DNA of 64,000 nt. It comes from a virus. This document shows, in pieces, positions 47,628 to 55,959 of the stretch. The stretch lies in the IMG/VR virus record IMGVR_UViG_3300028597_000007; one strand, written 5' to 3'. The notes below the pieces were generated by a model, which worked only from the letters and a program-made list of their open reading frames with translations, did no database searches and was not told where the DNA came from. Made by a program: the position numbers and the translations under genes. Numbering within the stretch: position 1 is the first letter of the stretch; every line of letters begins with the position of its first letter.

Positions 47628-48175
47628 GCAACCACTACGCTTATCAAACGCACAAGCTTTATCGCGGGCTTGTGTGTGACATTGTTCACTCTCTGCGTGA
47701 GGGTGAATGGGAATGCGAGAAGGAGTTGATGGATGCGATGCACCCCATTCCTTCTGGTGTATCGGATCTGTGCATTCACTTTGCGGTAACCAAATTTGGT
47801 GCCCTTGAGCTGATTGCTACTAGTGCCGATGACACCGTAGCCCGTTGGCTCCTGGATGCGGCCTGCACCCATATCGACATCAGCCGCAATTCCATCATGT
47901 CCATTGGCCGACTGCAGAACACGTTCGAGCGCTTCTGGGACACATACATCTCCAAGTGTACTCGCATTGACATGCATCATAAACGCCGCGGGGCACATGC
48001 GCCGATCATGAACAGTCGTGTCTACTTTGCCGACCAAGTAATCAAGTCATGGCTGAACAATGGTTGCATTGACATTGTTGTCCAGCCTGGCGAGATCCGT
48101 ATCGGCAATCAAGCCTACCACACCAACCGGTCGTGGCGTCGTAACGTGCGGGAGCTGATGGGACAGGATGTGTGA
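47624..48175 (+). CDS. Hypothetical protein
   Basis: ATGA overlap with upstream gene. Confidence 0.75.
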   Translation: MSNHYAYQTHKLYRGLVCDIVHSLREGEWECEKELMDAMHPIPSGVSDLCIHFAVTKFGALELIATSADDTVARWLLDAACTHIDISRNSIMSIGRLQNTFERFWDTYISKCTRIDMHHKRRGAHAPIMNSRVYFADQVIKSWLNNGCIDIVVQPGEIRIGNQAYHTNRSWRRNVRELMGQDV

Positions 48176-48596
48176 GATGACACCTATCAACTCTGTGCTG
48201 GAAGAGCTGGTCAACGATGTTGGTCTGGCTCTGGGTATGGAATGGCGCTACAAGTATCAACCGCACTATGAAGATCCGTCCTCTGGTTTGGAGATCGAGT
48301 TGTCTGTCTATGGCATCCTGATTCACCATCACCACAAGAACGCTACTCCAGAAGTTGTGGCGTATGGCATTTCCGATAAGCGTCACCCCGTGGACTGGGA
48401 AGTGTTGAAGGCAGGGCTTGTCTTCTTCTATCGACTGATCGGCCAGCATGTGCTGCCCCCAGTGGTTACCCAGCAACCATGTGGACTTACCAAGTTTGCC
48501 GTGGGGATGACCAAGGCAGTGCTGCAAGGTGTTCAAGACCAGCGGGTGGTTGTGATGTCGTTTAAGGATGGCGTCAATGATGTGAAGTTGCGATAA
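48168..48596 (+). CDS. Hypothetical protein
   Basis: Operon-style overlap. Confidence 0.7.
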   Translation: MCEMTPINSVLEELVNDVGLALGMEWRYKYQPHYEDPSSGLEIELSVYGILIHHHHKNATPEVVAYGISDKRHPVDWEVLKAGLVFFYRLIGQHVLPPVVTQQPCGLTKFAVGMTKAVLQGVQDQRVVVMSFKDGVNDVKLR

Positions 48597-48597
48597 G

Positions 48598-48639
48598 GGC
48601 ATACTCTCCGCCCCCGTAGGAGCGGAGAGCACTTATGCC
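48598..48639. terminator. Bidirectional hairpin flanked by GGCATA/TATGCC
   Basis: GGCATA-CTCTCCGC...GCGGAGAG-CACT-TATGCC between convergent genes. Confidence 0.8.
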
Positions 48640-49148
48640 GGCAGTGGGTAATTCAGACCGCCCAACTGGCGGACTTGGATGATCTCGGACAGGTCGATCA
48701 GTTGGGGTCTGAGGACTTCTGTCAGGATCTCTCCTTTGTAGTACATGGAATCAGGCGATGCACGGACGGCGATGATTGCCTCATTGTCCTCCCAAGTGAT
48801 CGGGTCGTCAATAAGATCTGCTTCTGTGACGTTCATTCCGTAGTTGATCTGTAGGGCTGGGATCAGATCATGAACGGAGTCGGCACGAGTCTGCAAGGAC
48901 AGGTGTTCGATGCCGAGGTAAGTGGAGAAGATCCACTCAAGGTCAATCTTGTCGAAAGTGGCTACCACGCTGCCGGTGTACTTCTTGGGGATCAACGAGG
49001 TGATGGTGACTGCCGTGTCTCCTACACGCTCTGGGTCATCATTGACCCGTGGTTCGCCGACGTGTAGGTCGGCGTAAGGGATACTGAACTTACTCGCCTC
49101 AAAGACGATATCGAGCAATATCTCCTTATGTGGTTTTAGCGTCGGCAT
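48633..49148 (-). CDS. Isolated tail-associated paralogue (family A)
   Basis: GDTAV...YTGSVVATFDKIDL, SVHDLIP, ends LGGLNYP; AGGAGG SD before ATG 49148. Confidence 0.8.
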   Translation of the reverse strand: MPTLKPHKEILLDIVFEASKFSIPYADLHVGEPRVNDDPERVGDTAVTITSLIPKKYTGSVVATFDKIDLEWIFSTYLGIEHLSLQTRADSVHDLIPALQINYGMNVTEADLIDDPITWEDNEAIIAVRASPDSMYYKGEILTEVLRPQLIDLSEIIQVRQLGGLNYPLPA

Positions 49149-49233
49149 GGCGACCTCCTGAGTGTGTGCATACCATTCTTCAACCACCACGCTCTGGAGA
49201 CAATCTATCAGACCTCACATACGGAGCAATACC

Positions 49234-49884
49234 ATGGCTTTCCTTTCTGACAACTCCATTACCCGACGCTGCCTTATCCCCGACACCAACTTCGTCGGTG
49301 AAACCACCAAGTGGCTACCCGGCATGATCGAGCCGTTCTACGCACAATCGGTCAAATCAGAAATGCGCGAAGTGGGCGATGTGCGCATTCCAGTTGACGT
49401 GTTCTCGTATGGTCTGTCCAGCTACGGCTACGACGTGCGGTTGGCCGATGGTCTGGAGATCTTCACCAACATCAACAATGTCAGCGGCGACGCCAAGCGA
49501 CCAGATAAGGGTAACAAGGTCAAGGCCGAGATCCTGACCGACGAATGGGGCGGTCGCTTTGCATGGTTGCCTGCCGGTGGCTTCATGTTGGGCCACACCG
49601 TGGAATACTTCCGCATCCCACGCGACATCATTGTCATCTGCCTGGGCAAGTCCAGCTACGCCCGCGAAGGCATCATCGTCAACGTGACCCCACTGGAACC
49701 GGAATGGGAAGGTCAGGTGGTCATCGAGATCTCTAACACCTCGGGTGTGCCGCAGAAGATCTACGTCGACGAGGGCATCAGCCAGTTCCTGTTCGGTCTG
49801 GGTGACGAAGTTTGCTCCGTGTCCTACAAGGATCGTGGCGGCAAGTATCAGGGCCAACTCGGTATCACTCACGCAAAGGTGTAA
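49234..49884 (+). CDS. dcd: dCTP deaminase
   Basis: [39 protein letters not shown]. Confidence 0.95.
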   Translation: MAFLSDNSITRRCLIPDTNFVGETTKWLPGMIEPFYAQSVKSEMREVGDVRIPVDVFSYGLSSYGYDVRLADGLEIFTNINNVSGDAKRPDKGNKVKAEILTDEWGGRFAWLPAGGFMLGHTVEYFRIPRDIIVICLGKSSYAREGIIVNVTPLEPEWEGQVVIEISNTSGVPQKIYVDEGISQFLFGLGDEVCSVSYKDRGGKYQGQLGITHAKV

Positions 49885-49886
49885 TT

Positions 49887-50129
49887 ATGGCAGGGTTTGA
49901 AATGTCCAGACTGCAACTTAGCGAAGGGCGTGCAAATGCTCTGACCATTGGTATTGGTGACGACAAGGTCGACGTGGTCCTTACCGATGTTACCCCGCCC
50001 GACATCGAAGAGCGCATTCGCAAGCGCTTCGAGCAGAAGGGAGGTACTGCGGCAGAGCTTGCTCTCTGGATGCAGGGCTGTAACTGGGGGTTGACCATGC
50101 GTAAGAAGACACTGTCTCTGGGGGTTTGA
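49887..50129 (+). CDS. Hypothetical protein
   Basis: ATG 49887 just after the dcd stop. Confidence 0.7.
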   Translation: MAGFEMSRLQLSEGRANALTIGIGDDKVDVVLTDVTPPDIEERIRKRFEQKGGTAAELALWMQGCNWGLTMRKKTLSLGV

Positions 50130-50130
50130 A

Positions 50131-50637
50131 ATGCGTGCTGAAGATCCGTGGTTGGTTTGTCGTTATTCCCCGATGCAGATTGATGGAGCGATCTACTTCG
50201 TTACTGCTGTGAGTCTGCCGGCTGGTCAGTTGCGTCGTGACAAGATGCCGCAGCTTGTGACCTACGTTGATCCCCGCACTGGTGTTGAGTACACTCGCAC
50301 CAAAGAAGACTTCATGACTCGCGCCCACTATGCGGACTTGGACCAGGTTCAGGAGATTCTGGACTTCCTCAAGCCGCATCATTATCGAGCTGTGCAGATC
50401 TCGTCTGGTCACTCTGGTGTCATTCCGATCACCATGGTCATGAAGTCCTACCCCGATGCCCGCGGCCAATGTCTGACCTTCAACGATCGTGAGCTGATCA
50501 AGAAGTTCAGCGCAAACCTCGACCCACATGCCTGCTTCAATTCTATTGTGGTTGGGGCGCGGTTGTTGGAAGAGCATTCGGCCACTCGTTTTGTTCGCCT
50601 TGCCCGTATTCTGGGCGGCACTATTTGGAGCGTTTGA
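50131..50637 (+). CDS. Hypothetical protein
   Basis: Contiguous operon; LVTYVD...YTRTKEDF segment. Confidence 0.75.
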   Translation: MRAEDPWLVCRYSPMQIDGAIYFVTAVSLPAGQLRRDKMPQLVTYVDPRTGVEYTRTKEDFMTRAHYADLDQVQEILDFLKPHHYRAVQISSGHSGVIPITMVMKSYPDARGQCLTFNDRELIKKFSANLDPHACFNSIVVGARLLEEHSATRFVRLARILGGTIWSV

Positions 50638-50638
50638 A

Positions 50639-50896
50639 ATGGTAATGCGTCAATGGCCAGCCAAGGTCAACTTCTCTATCACCTATCTGGTGGCCAATGG
50701 TCCTGAGGGTGTAGATGAAGGTGGTGAGTTTGCTACCGAGCATCTGACCGTCAATGTGGAAGCCCTGTGTGCTGACCATGCTCTGCGCAAGATCAAGGAT
50801 GAGTTCCTGAAGATCCATCCAGGTGCGGCCTTCAAGTTTGGCCCCGTGCTCTGGTATCCGGCAGAGCAGATTGGTAAGGTTGCATTAACCTTCTAA
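50639..50896 (+). CDS. Hypothetical protein
   Basis: Contiguous operon. Confidence 0.7.
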   Translation: MVMRQWPAKVNFSITYLVANGPEGVDEGGEFATEHLTVNVEALCADHALRKIKDEFLKIHPGAAFKFGPVLWYPAEQIGKVALTF

Positions 50897-50939
50897 GGGC
50901 CTTGCTAGATGTATTAGCAGGAATTATAAGGATCGCACG

Positions 50940-51224
50940 ATGCGAACACTGATCGTGGGAGGGTTTGGAATGGCTCTGGCGAGGGCGCTTTTGCGCGAGG
51001 TCGCCATGCCTGTGGTTGAGTGCGATGCCGTGAGCGGCGTCGACTTCGACTATGAGGCCGACTATGAGCCTGGTTCCAAGTTCTCCCGACCATGTGCGGG
51101 GCTGTGTCGACCGGTACCTGCGCGCCTTCAACCGTACCGCACTGTAAAGGACAGTGTATGGACAGCTGGGGTCGCGCACAGTCCGAGAAGACCTTTTGAA
51201 CTCAAGGGTGTAACGCCGGCATAG
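50940..51224 (+). CDS. Hypothetical protein
   Basis: AAGGA SD. Confidence 0.55.
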   Translation: MRTLIVGGFGMALARALLREVAMPVVECDAVSGVDFDYEADYEPGSKFSRPCAGLCRPVPARLQPYRTVKDSVWTAGVAHSPRRPFELKGVTPA

Positions 51225-51384
51225 CCCACTATCAAATCCGGCCCATAAGTGAAATAGGAGCATCCCACGAACTACTGGCTTTACTGGTTAGCATTGCTAA
51301 TCGGGTCAGTGGTCGCAATACCAGTTGTGCTCACGCGGAACACTACCGTTCTCTTGCCTTGGACCGTTGGGGTCGGGCTTGTGG

Positions 51385-51820
51385 AAACGTGTACCGGGTG
51401 TGCGAGGCTGGTATGGAAAAGTGTGTTGGCTGGGATTGGCAAATCGCCTAATCCAAACCTGAATACTTTCCAAGCGACTGCCTGACAAACTCACAGGCCG
51501 CATTGCCGAAAGCAGGGGGTTTAAATGGACCCCATTAAGAGACCTCCGGTTTTCTCTTGTATATCTGCACAGATGTTCTGCTCGTGTAGCCTTGGGTTAA
51601 ACTGAGTTCCCACGGACTCAGCCCTTGAGCGCACCCAGACCTAGGTAGTGACCCCCCGGCGGTACCCCCAGTCCAAGTAAGGCCAACACGTCCCCGTGGG
51701 GGATACGTGAAGAGCTGCTTCCTTGACTCTCTAGCACCACCAGCAGGCTGACGGCTGGTTGGTTTCACTGAGAGCTTGTGTGGCCTTGAGTCCGGTAGGG
51801 TACTCGTCGGGTACACGTTT
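51385..51820 (+). ncRNA. Candidate large structured non-coding RNA (about 435 nt)
   Basis: 11-bp closing helix AAACGTGTACC/GGTACACGTTT, nested 8-bp helix, at least eight local hairpins, no credible ORF over most of it. Confidence 0.5.
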
Positions 51821-51842
51821 ACTTATGCCCTTGGCCCGTTTA

Positions 51843-51879
51843 AACCAAATCTCAGACCTGAATTATCACTCTGAATGAC
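51843..51879 (+). promoter_or_regulatory. Putative early phage promoter (37-nt repeat)
   Basis: AACCAAATCTCAGACCT-GAATTATCACTC-TGAATGAC. Confidence 0.75.
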
Positions 51880-51933
51880 CGTCAGTAATGATTGGTTTTT
51901 CTTATTGTCCAATACCTACAAGGAATTAGTTTC

Positions 51934-52422
51934 ATGACTGTACGTTCCATCGACGAGCATCTGAATAACACAGCGCTCGAACGCATCCGCACTACCTTCG
52001 ATGCCCTGGTGGAAAACATGGGGGTTGACATCGAAGCCCTGCAATCTGGAAGCCTGCCGTACTTCCACATCCCCGAAGACCTCATCAAGCCAAACATCGT
52101 CAAGCACGCTGAGGGCGAGCTTGCTTATGGCCTCGATGAGAATGGCATTGAGCACATCGCCGTGTTCAACGTCATGGGTTGGGCCATCTTTGGCCGTAAC
52201 GGTGAGTTCACCCTGCCTGACGGTGTGGCTGAACAGGACCCGCTGGACGTTGTAGCCATCGACGAGCGCTACGACTACTGGTACGATCTGCTGAGCGAAT
52301 ACGTTCGTGCAGTGGACATGCCAGACAAAATCGACGACCCCTACGACGACGAGATCAATGTCGAAGCGGGCTTCGGTGACGCCGACGAAGACGGCGAACC
52401 AATCGATCCTAACGACGAATAA
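51934..52422 (+). CDS. Highly acidic protein
   Basis: AAGGA SD before ATG 51934; about 40 D/E versus about 9 K/R in 162 aa (hand count). Confidence 0.85.
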   Translation: MTVRSIDEHLNNTALERIRTTFDALVENMGVDIEALQSGSLPYFHIPEDLIKPNIVKHAEGELAYGLDENGIEHIAVFNVMGWAIFGRNGEFTLPDGVAEQDPLDVVAIDERYDYWYDLLSEYVRAVDMPDKIDDPYDDEINVEAGFGDADEDGEPIDPNDE

Positions 52423-52483
52423 GTCGCTTAGCCTCGATCCATCCTTTTAGATATTTTACCCATTTACTGGGGGAGTTGTAACT

Positions 52484-52939
52484 ATGCCAGCTTTTCGTTT
52501 GAGTGACCGTCGCCTCTTCATTCCAGAGGTAGGGATCATTCCGTACATTCGGTATCTGCGTTTGACCAAGAACGGTAACCGGCAATATCTCGTTGTCAAG
52601 GGCAAGCAAGTTACGCACTATTTCGGCATCTACAACGACAACGGTTTGGAGCCACTGAAGTTGGCGTTGGAGACACTGCAACAGGAGCACGGGGTTATTC
52701 GCACGGGCAATGCCTTGCGTAAGCGTGAGCGTCGCGATAAACAAAATCCAACGGGGATGGTGGGAGTCTACAAGAAGGCAGGCTTCTATCCGTACCACGT
52801 AACCTGTCCATACGAAACCAAAGAGGATGTACGCAGTCTAGCCACTGCATACTTGGTTCGTCAACAGGCGGAAGCAGAGTATGAGCGTAAGAACGTTCTT
52901 ACTCCAGGTCAGGTGCTGGCACAAGCATCAGGTCTGTAA
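52484..52939 (+). CDS. Basic protein with AP2-like DNA-binding signature
   Basis: KQNPTGMVGVY...AYLVRQQAEAEY resembles the NTSG..GV...A..AR..AE pattern; no HNH motif. Confidence 0.55.
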   Translation: MPAFRLSDRRLFIPEVGIIPYIRYLRLTKNGNRQYLVVKGKQVTHYFGIYNDNGLEPLKLALETLQQEHGVIRTGNALRKRERRDKQNPTGMVGVYKKAGFYPYHVTCPYETKEDVRSLATAYLVRQQAEAEYERKNVLTPGQVLAQASGL

Positions 52940-53001
52940 CACTTCCACTATCGGACAACTCAGTCGGCACAGATCGGCCTGGTTGTCCTAAGGAGCAATG
53001 A

Positions 53002-53553
53002 ATGCTTCAAGAACCCATTATTCGAAACGGGATCACCTTAGATCCCAGCATGGATGGTATCACGCACATAAACGTGTATACCGGGGGAAACACAGTTGTC
53101 GGCAGGGAGGCTAGTAACCTGTACGACAGAACACCAACTGACAACCCTAGACTGATCCTTGTCAAGGGGCCTTACTCGGCAGAGCTAAAGCCCATTGGTT
53201 ATTTCAAGACCCTTGAAGGATTTTGGTGGTGGTTGTCAACGGGTATGACCGATGACTATTTTAGGACGTGTAATGGATTTGAAGCGCGTAAGCGTGGATC
53301 ATCGTTGCCGAAGGTGACCCTTGAGTCGTTCAAGCATGAAATCAAATATGCGATAGCACTCAAGTACAAGACATATCCTGAAATCTTGGCTCGGTTACTG
53401 AACTCAACCCTCCCATTGGCTCACTACTACGTGTACGGCAAGCGTTGCCCTAACCCATTGGTTAGAACCGCTGACCGCAGCATGTGGGTGATCAGGTTCC
53501 TTGAAGAGATTCGAGAGAGCCGAGGGGAGGTAATAGACACTATTCTGACGTGA
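53002..53553 (+). CDS. NADAR-family-like protein (T4 gp30.3-like)
   Basis: GREASNL...FKTLEGFW...NGFEARKRG aligns by eye with SNF...LEGF...SG..A...G of phage NADARs. Confidence 0.65.
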   Translation: MLQEPIIRNGITLDPSMDGITHINVYTGGNTVVGREASNLYDRTPTDNPRLILVKGPYSAELKPIGYFKTLEGFWWWLSTGMTDDYFRTCNGFEARKRGSSLPKVTLESFKHEIKYAIALKYKTYPEILARLLNSTLPLAHYYVYGKRCPNPLVRTADRSMWVIRFLEEIRESRGEVIDTILT

Positions 53554-53593
53554 CGACGCTGAGCCTTATCGCCTGCGTCGACGGAGAGAGCAA

Positions 53594-54457
53594 ATGACTG
53601 AACCAAAACCAGTTATCCTACTCAACATCGCCGAGACGGTTCCGGTTCTCGAAGGGTTGAATCTGTACGCCATCGAAGCGGGTAACACCGACGCTAAAAA
53701 GATGGATGATCACGAAAGCTGCTTCCGCTTCTACGTGACCGCTACCAACACCAAAACCGGTGAGCGCACCAAAGAGCGTTTCGCCCTGCACGGCCGACTG
53801 CAGTCCCGCAAGGGCGTCGGCATTGACCACAAGTTCGTGGTCGACAAGATCGTCACCACGGTCAAGGAGTATCTGGCCAAAAGTGACATGATGATAACCG
53901 ACGACCTGCCGATGGGTCCAACCATGACCCAGGCCATCTGGCGTCACACCTTCGGCTCTGGCTACCGCGTTGCCGACTTCGCCAACGGCGTGGGCGTGTT
54001 CGCCCAGCCAATCGAAACCAACTTCCAGATCCTGGACGGCGACATTGAAGCCCTGGATGCAATGGACGGGAACTTCACCCTGGCCGTTGCCTCCGATTCC
54101 CTGGTGAAGTTCTACCTGGGCGAAGAACCGCCGGTATGGGGTTACAAGCACGAAGAGCGCACCGCATGGCGCCCTCACAAGAAGAAAGTCACTCCGGGCA
54201 TCATCTCGGCGTGCCTGGAACACTTCGTGGAGCACGCAGACCCAGGCCACAAAGAACTGCAAGCTTTCCCAAGCGATCGGTTCGAAGACCTGAAGTCCTA
54301 CGTGCTGAGCAAACGCGCCGTGAAAGAAGACGTGATCGATGCGGCACCGGAACCTGTCCAGGTTGAGCAACAGCCGGTTGATCTGTCGGCGCCTGAGAAA
54401 CCTGGCCTGCTCAAAAGACTTGCCAGCACCATCGGTATGGGTGCAGCCCAAGGGTAA
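53594..54457 (+). CDS. Hypothetical protein
   Basis: GGAGAG SD; strong codon bias. Confidence 0.85.
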   Translation: MTEPKPVILLNIAETVPVLEGLNLYAIEAGNTDAKKMDDHESCFRFYVTATNTKTGERTKERFALHGRLQSRKGVGIDHKFVVDKIVTTVKEYLAKSDMMITDDLPMGPTMTQAIWRHTFGSGYRVADFANGVGVFAQPIETNFQILDGDIEALDAMDGNFTLAVASDSLVKFYLGEEPPVWGYKHEERTAWRPHKKKVTPGIISACLEHFVEHADPGHKELQAFPSDRFEDLKSYVLSKRAVKEDVIDAAPEPVQVEQQPVDLSAPEKPGLLKRLASTIGMGAAQG

Positions 54458-54528
54458 CAGTTGAGTTTGGGGGGAGGAATCCCCCCTTACCACTGTTAAT
54501 TTTTTGTAGCTCGGCCAGGACCTTTACC

Positions 54529-55095
54529 ATGGACAAGTCGTTTTACACCAAGGTAACGGGGGACACGATCACCGCAGGGCGCTTCACTTTGGCCACCTTG
54601 CGTTTAACTCACCGACTAGGGTTAAGACGACTGTTCTCTTTCGTCTATCGCCACTTCACGGAAGAGGGTAAGCGTTGGAAAAGGATGTTGGCACTCAGTG
54701 CCATTGCGGAAACGGCGATCATGGAACGTGTAGGTTCTAATGATACGCTTAGGCGATTTGATCGGAAAATGGAAGAACACGTTGAGGTTGCAGCTGACCG
54801 TAAAACGTGGTGGGTCTTATTCGAGGTCTTTAACGATGTCGAGATGACCTACATGGTGCAGGACTTCTTAAGTCACAATCGTCGGGAAGATTTCCAGGCA
54901 TTTGGTAGAACCTGTACCGCAATCGCCAGACAAGTTCTGAACGTCTCCGTTGTGTCAGATTCTCAAGGAGCTGTTCTCAGGGAACCGGATTTTATCCGCG
55001 TCGTAGCGATACAACAACTAGCCGCATGCTTTGCCTCTTTCCCGTCTTTGCGCAGGACAGAGGAGCAGATCCGTCACCACATCCGGGCGTATTGA
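54529..55095 (+). CDS. Hypothetical protein
   Basis: AGGA SD; 188 aa. Confidence 0.7.
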   Translation: MDKSFYTKVTGDTITAGRFTLATLRLTHRLGLRRLFSFVYRHFTEEGKRWKRMLALSAIAETAIMERVGSNDTLRRFDRKMEEHVEVAADRKTWWVLFEVFNDVEMTYMVQDFLSHNRREDFQAFGRTCTAIARQVLNVSVVSDSQGAVLREPDFIRVVAIQQLAACFASFPSLRRTEEQIRHHIRAY

Positions 55096-55162
55096 TCTGT
55101 CAATTTTGGGAGGTATCTATTGAGGTACCTCCCTCCTTTGCTTTATGACCCCAGGAGCAGAA

Positions 55163-55852
55163 ATGGAAAACAAAGAAGTTCAAGTCCGACTGATGGTGTT
55201 GTCCACCGATCACGAGGATATGGAAGGTTACGAGAAGGCATTGCGTACTCTCTTCGAAGAGAACGTGGTGTCGATCAACTATTTCGATTGGGCCGTCAAA
55301 CACCCGCGCCCGCCAGTTGATCTGGGTCGCGATGGTCGCCGGGAGTTCGGCGAAAGCAACCGCGATCCGAACGCTTTCACGGTGCGCCTGGGTATACCGG
55401 CAACCATGGCAGCCAACCTGTCCGTGTTCCAGGAGCAACTGACCAACACCACCCTGCGCCGTGACCAGTTCGACCAGGACAAACGCAAGTCCTTCACCCT
55501 GGCCCTGTACGAGGTGATACCAGACGACAGTGTTGCCGAACTGTCCATCGGCCGCATTAAGGTTATCTCCAACTGCTTCTTCCCAGAGATCGGCATCGGG
55601 TTTGGCCAAGTGCAGGAGCCACGATTGGAAGTGGAGCGCGAGCGCCATCACGACCAGCCATCGCAATGGAAGACCAAACCTGTCAAGAGCAGTGGACCAG
55701 TGGCAGAAGAAGGCCGTACCCATTTCGAAGTGGCTGGCCGTGAACTGATCGCCAATGACAAGGCGCGCGAGGCAGTCTTCAATCACGCGTTCGGCAATCA
55801 CGCCAAAGCCGTGAACAAGAAGAACTTGGGCAAGGTCGCAGTCAAGAAGTAA
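55163..55852 (+). CDS. Hypothetical protein
   Basis: AGGAG SD before ATG 55163. Confidence 0.85.
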   Translation: MENKEVQVRLMVLSTDHEDMEGYEKALRTLFEENVVSINYFDWAVKHPRPPVDLGRDGRREFGESNRDPNAFTVRLGIPATMAANLSVFQEQLTNTTLRRDQFDQDKRKSFTLALYEVIPDDSVAELSIGRIKVISNCFFPEIGIGFGQVQEPRLEVERERHHDQPSQWKTKPVKSSGPVAEEGRTHFEVAGRELIANDKAREAVFNHAFGNHAKAVNKKNLGKVAVKK

Positions 55853-55859
55853 CCGCCTG

Positions 55860-55888
55860 CCTCCTCCCTACGGGGAGGAGGTTTATGG
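55860..55888 (+). terminator. Hairpin followed by TTTATGG
   Basis: CCTCCTCCC-TACG-GGGAGGAGG-TT-TATG; T-rich tract downstream. Confidence 0.75.
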
Positions 55889-55909
55889 TCTAGGATTTTC
55901 TTTTGTTTC

Positions 55910-55946
55910 AACTGATTTACAAACCTAAATTATCGACTTGACTAAC
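55910..55946 (+). promoter_or_regulatory. Putative phage promoter, degenerate copy of the 37-nt repeat
   Basis: AACTGATTTACAAACCT-AAATTATCGACT-TGACTAAC. Confidence 0.5.
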
Positions 55947-55959
55947 CGAAGGAATTCAT

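Noticed and set aside
31066-51397. Homology between the two structured regions (shared CGTGTACCGG at 31066 and 51388, plus short TTTAAATG, TGTGCGA and CGTCCCC words)
   Set aside because: The shared words are not colinear, so chance cannot be excluded without a covariance-model search.
51385-51820. Group I/II intron, RNase P RNA or tmRNA identity (GTGCG at 51400; GGACT/AGTCC pairing)
   Set aside because: No group II domain V, no convincing group I R/S elements or flanking exons, no RNase P GAGGAAAGUCC, no tRNA-like ends.
52953-52996. GTCCTAAGGAG before the NADAR-like gene as a sixth SD-hairpin copy
   Set aside because: Lacks the CCCA leader and the AGGAY arm; its GTTGTCC pairs instead with GGACAAC at 52953.
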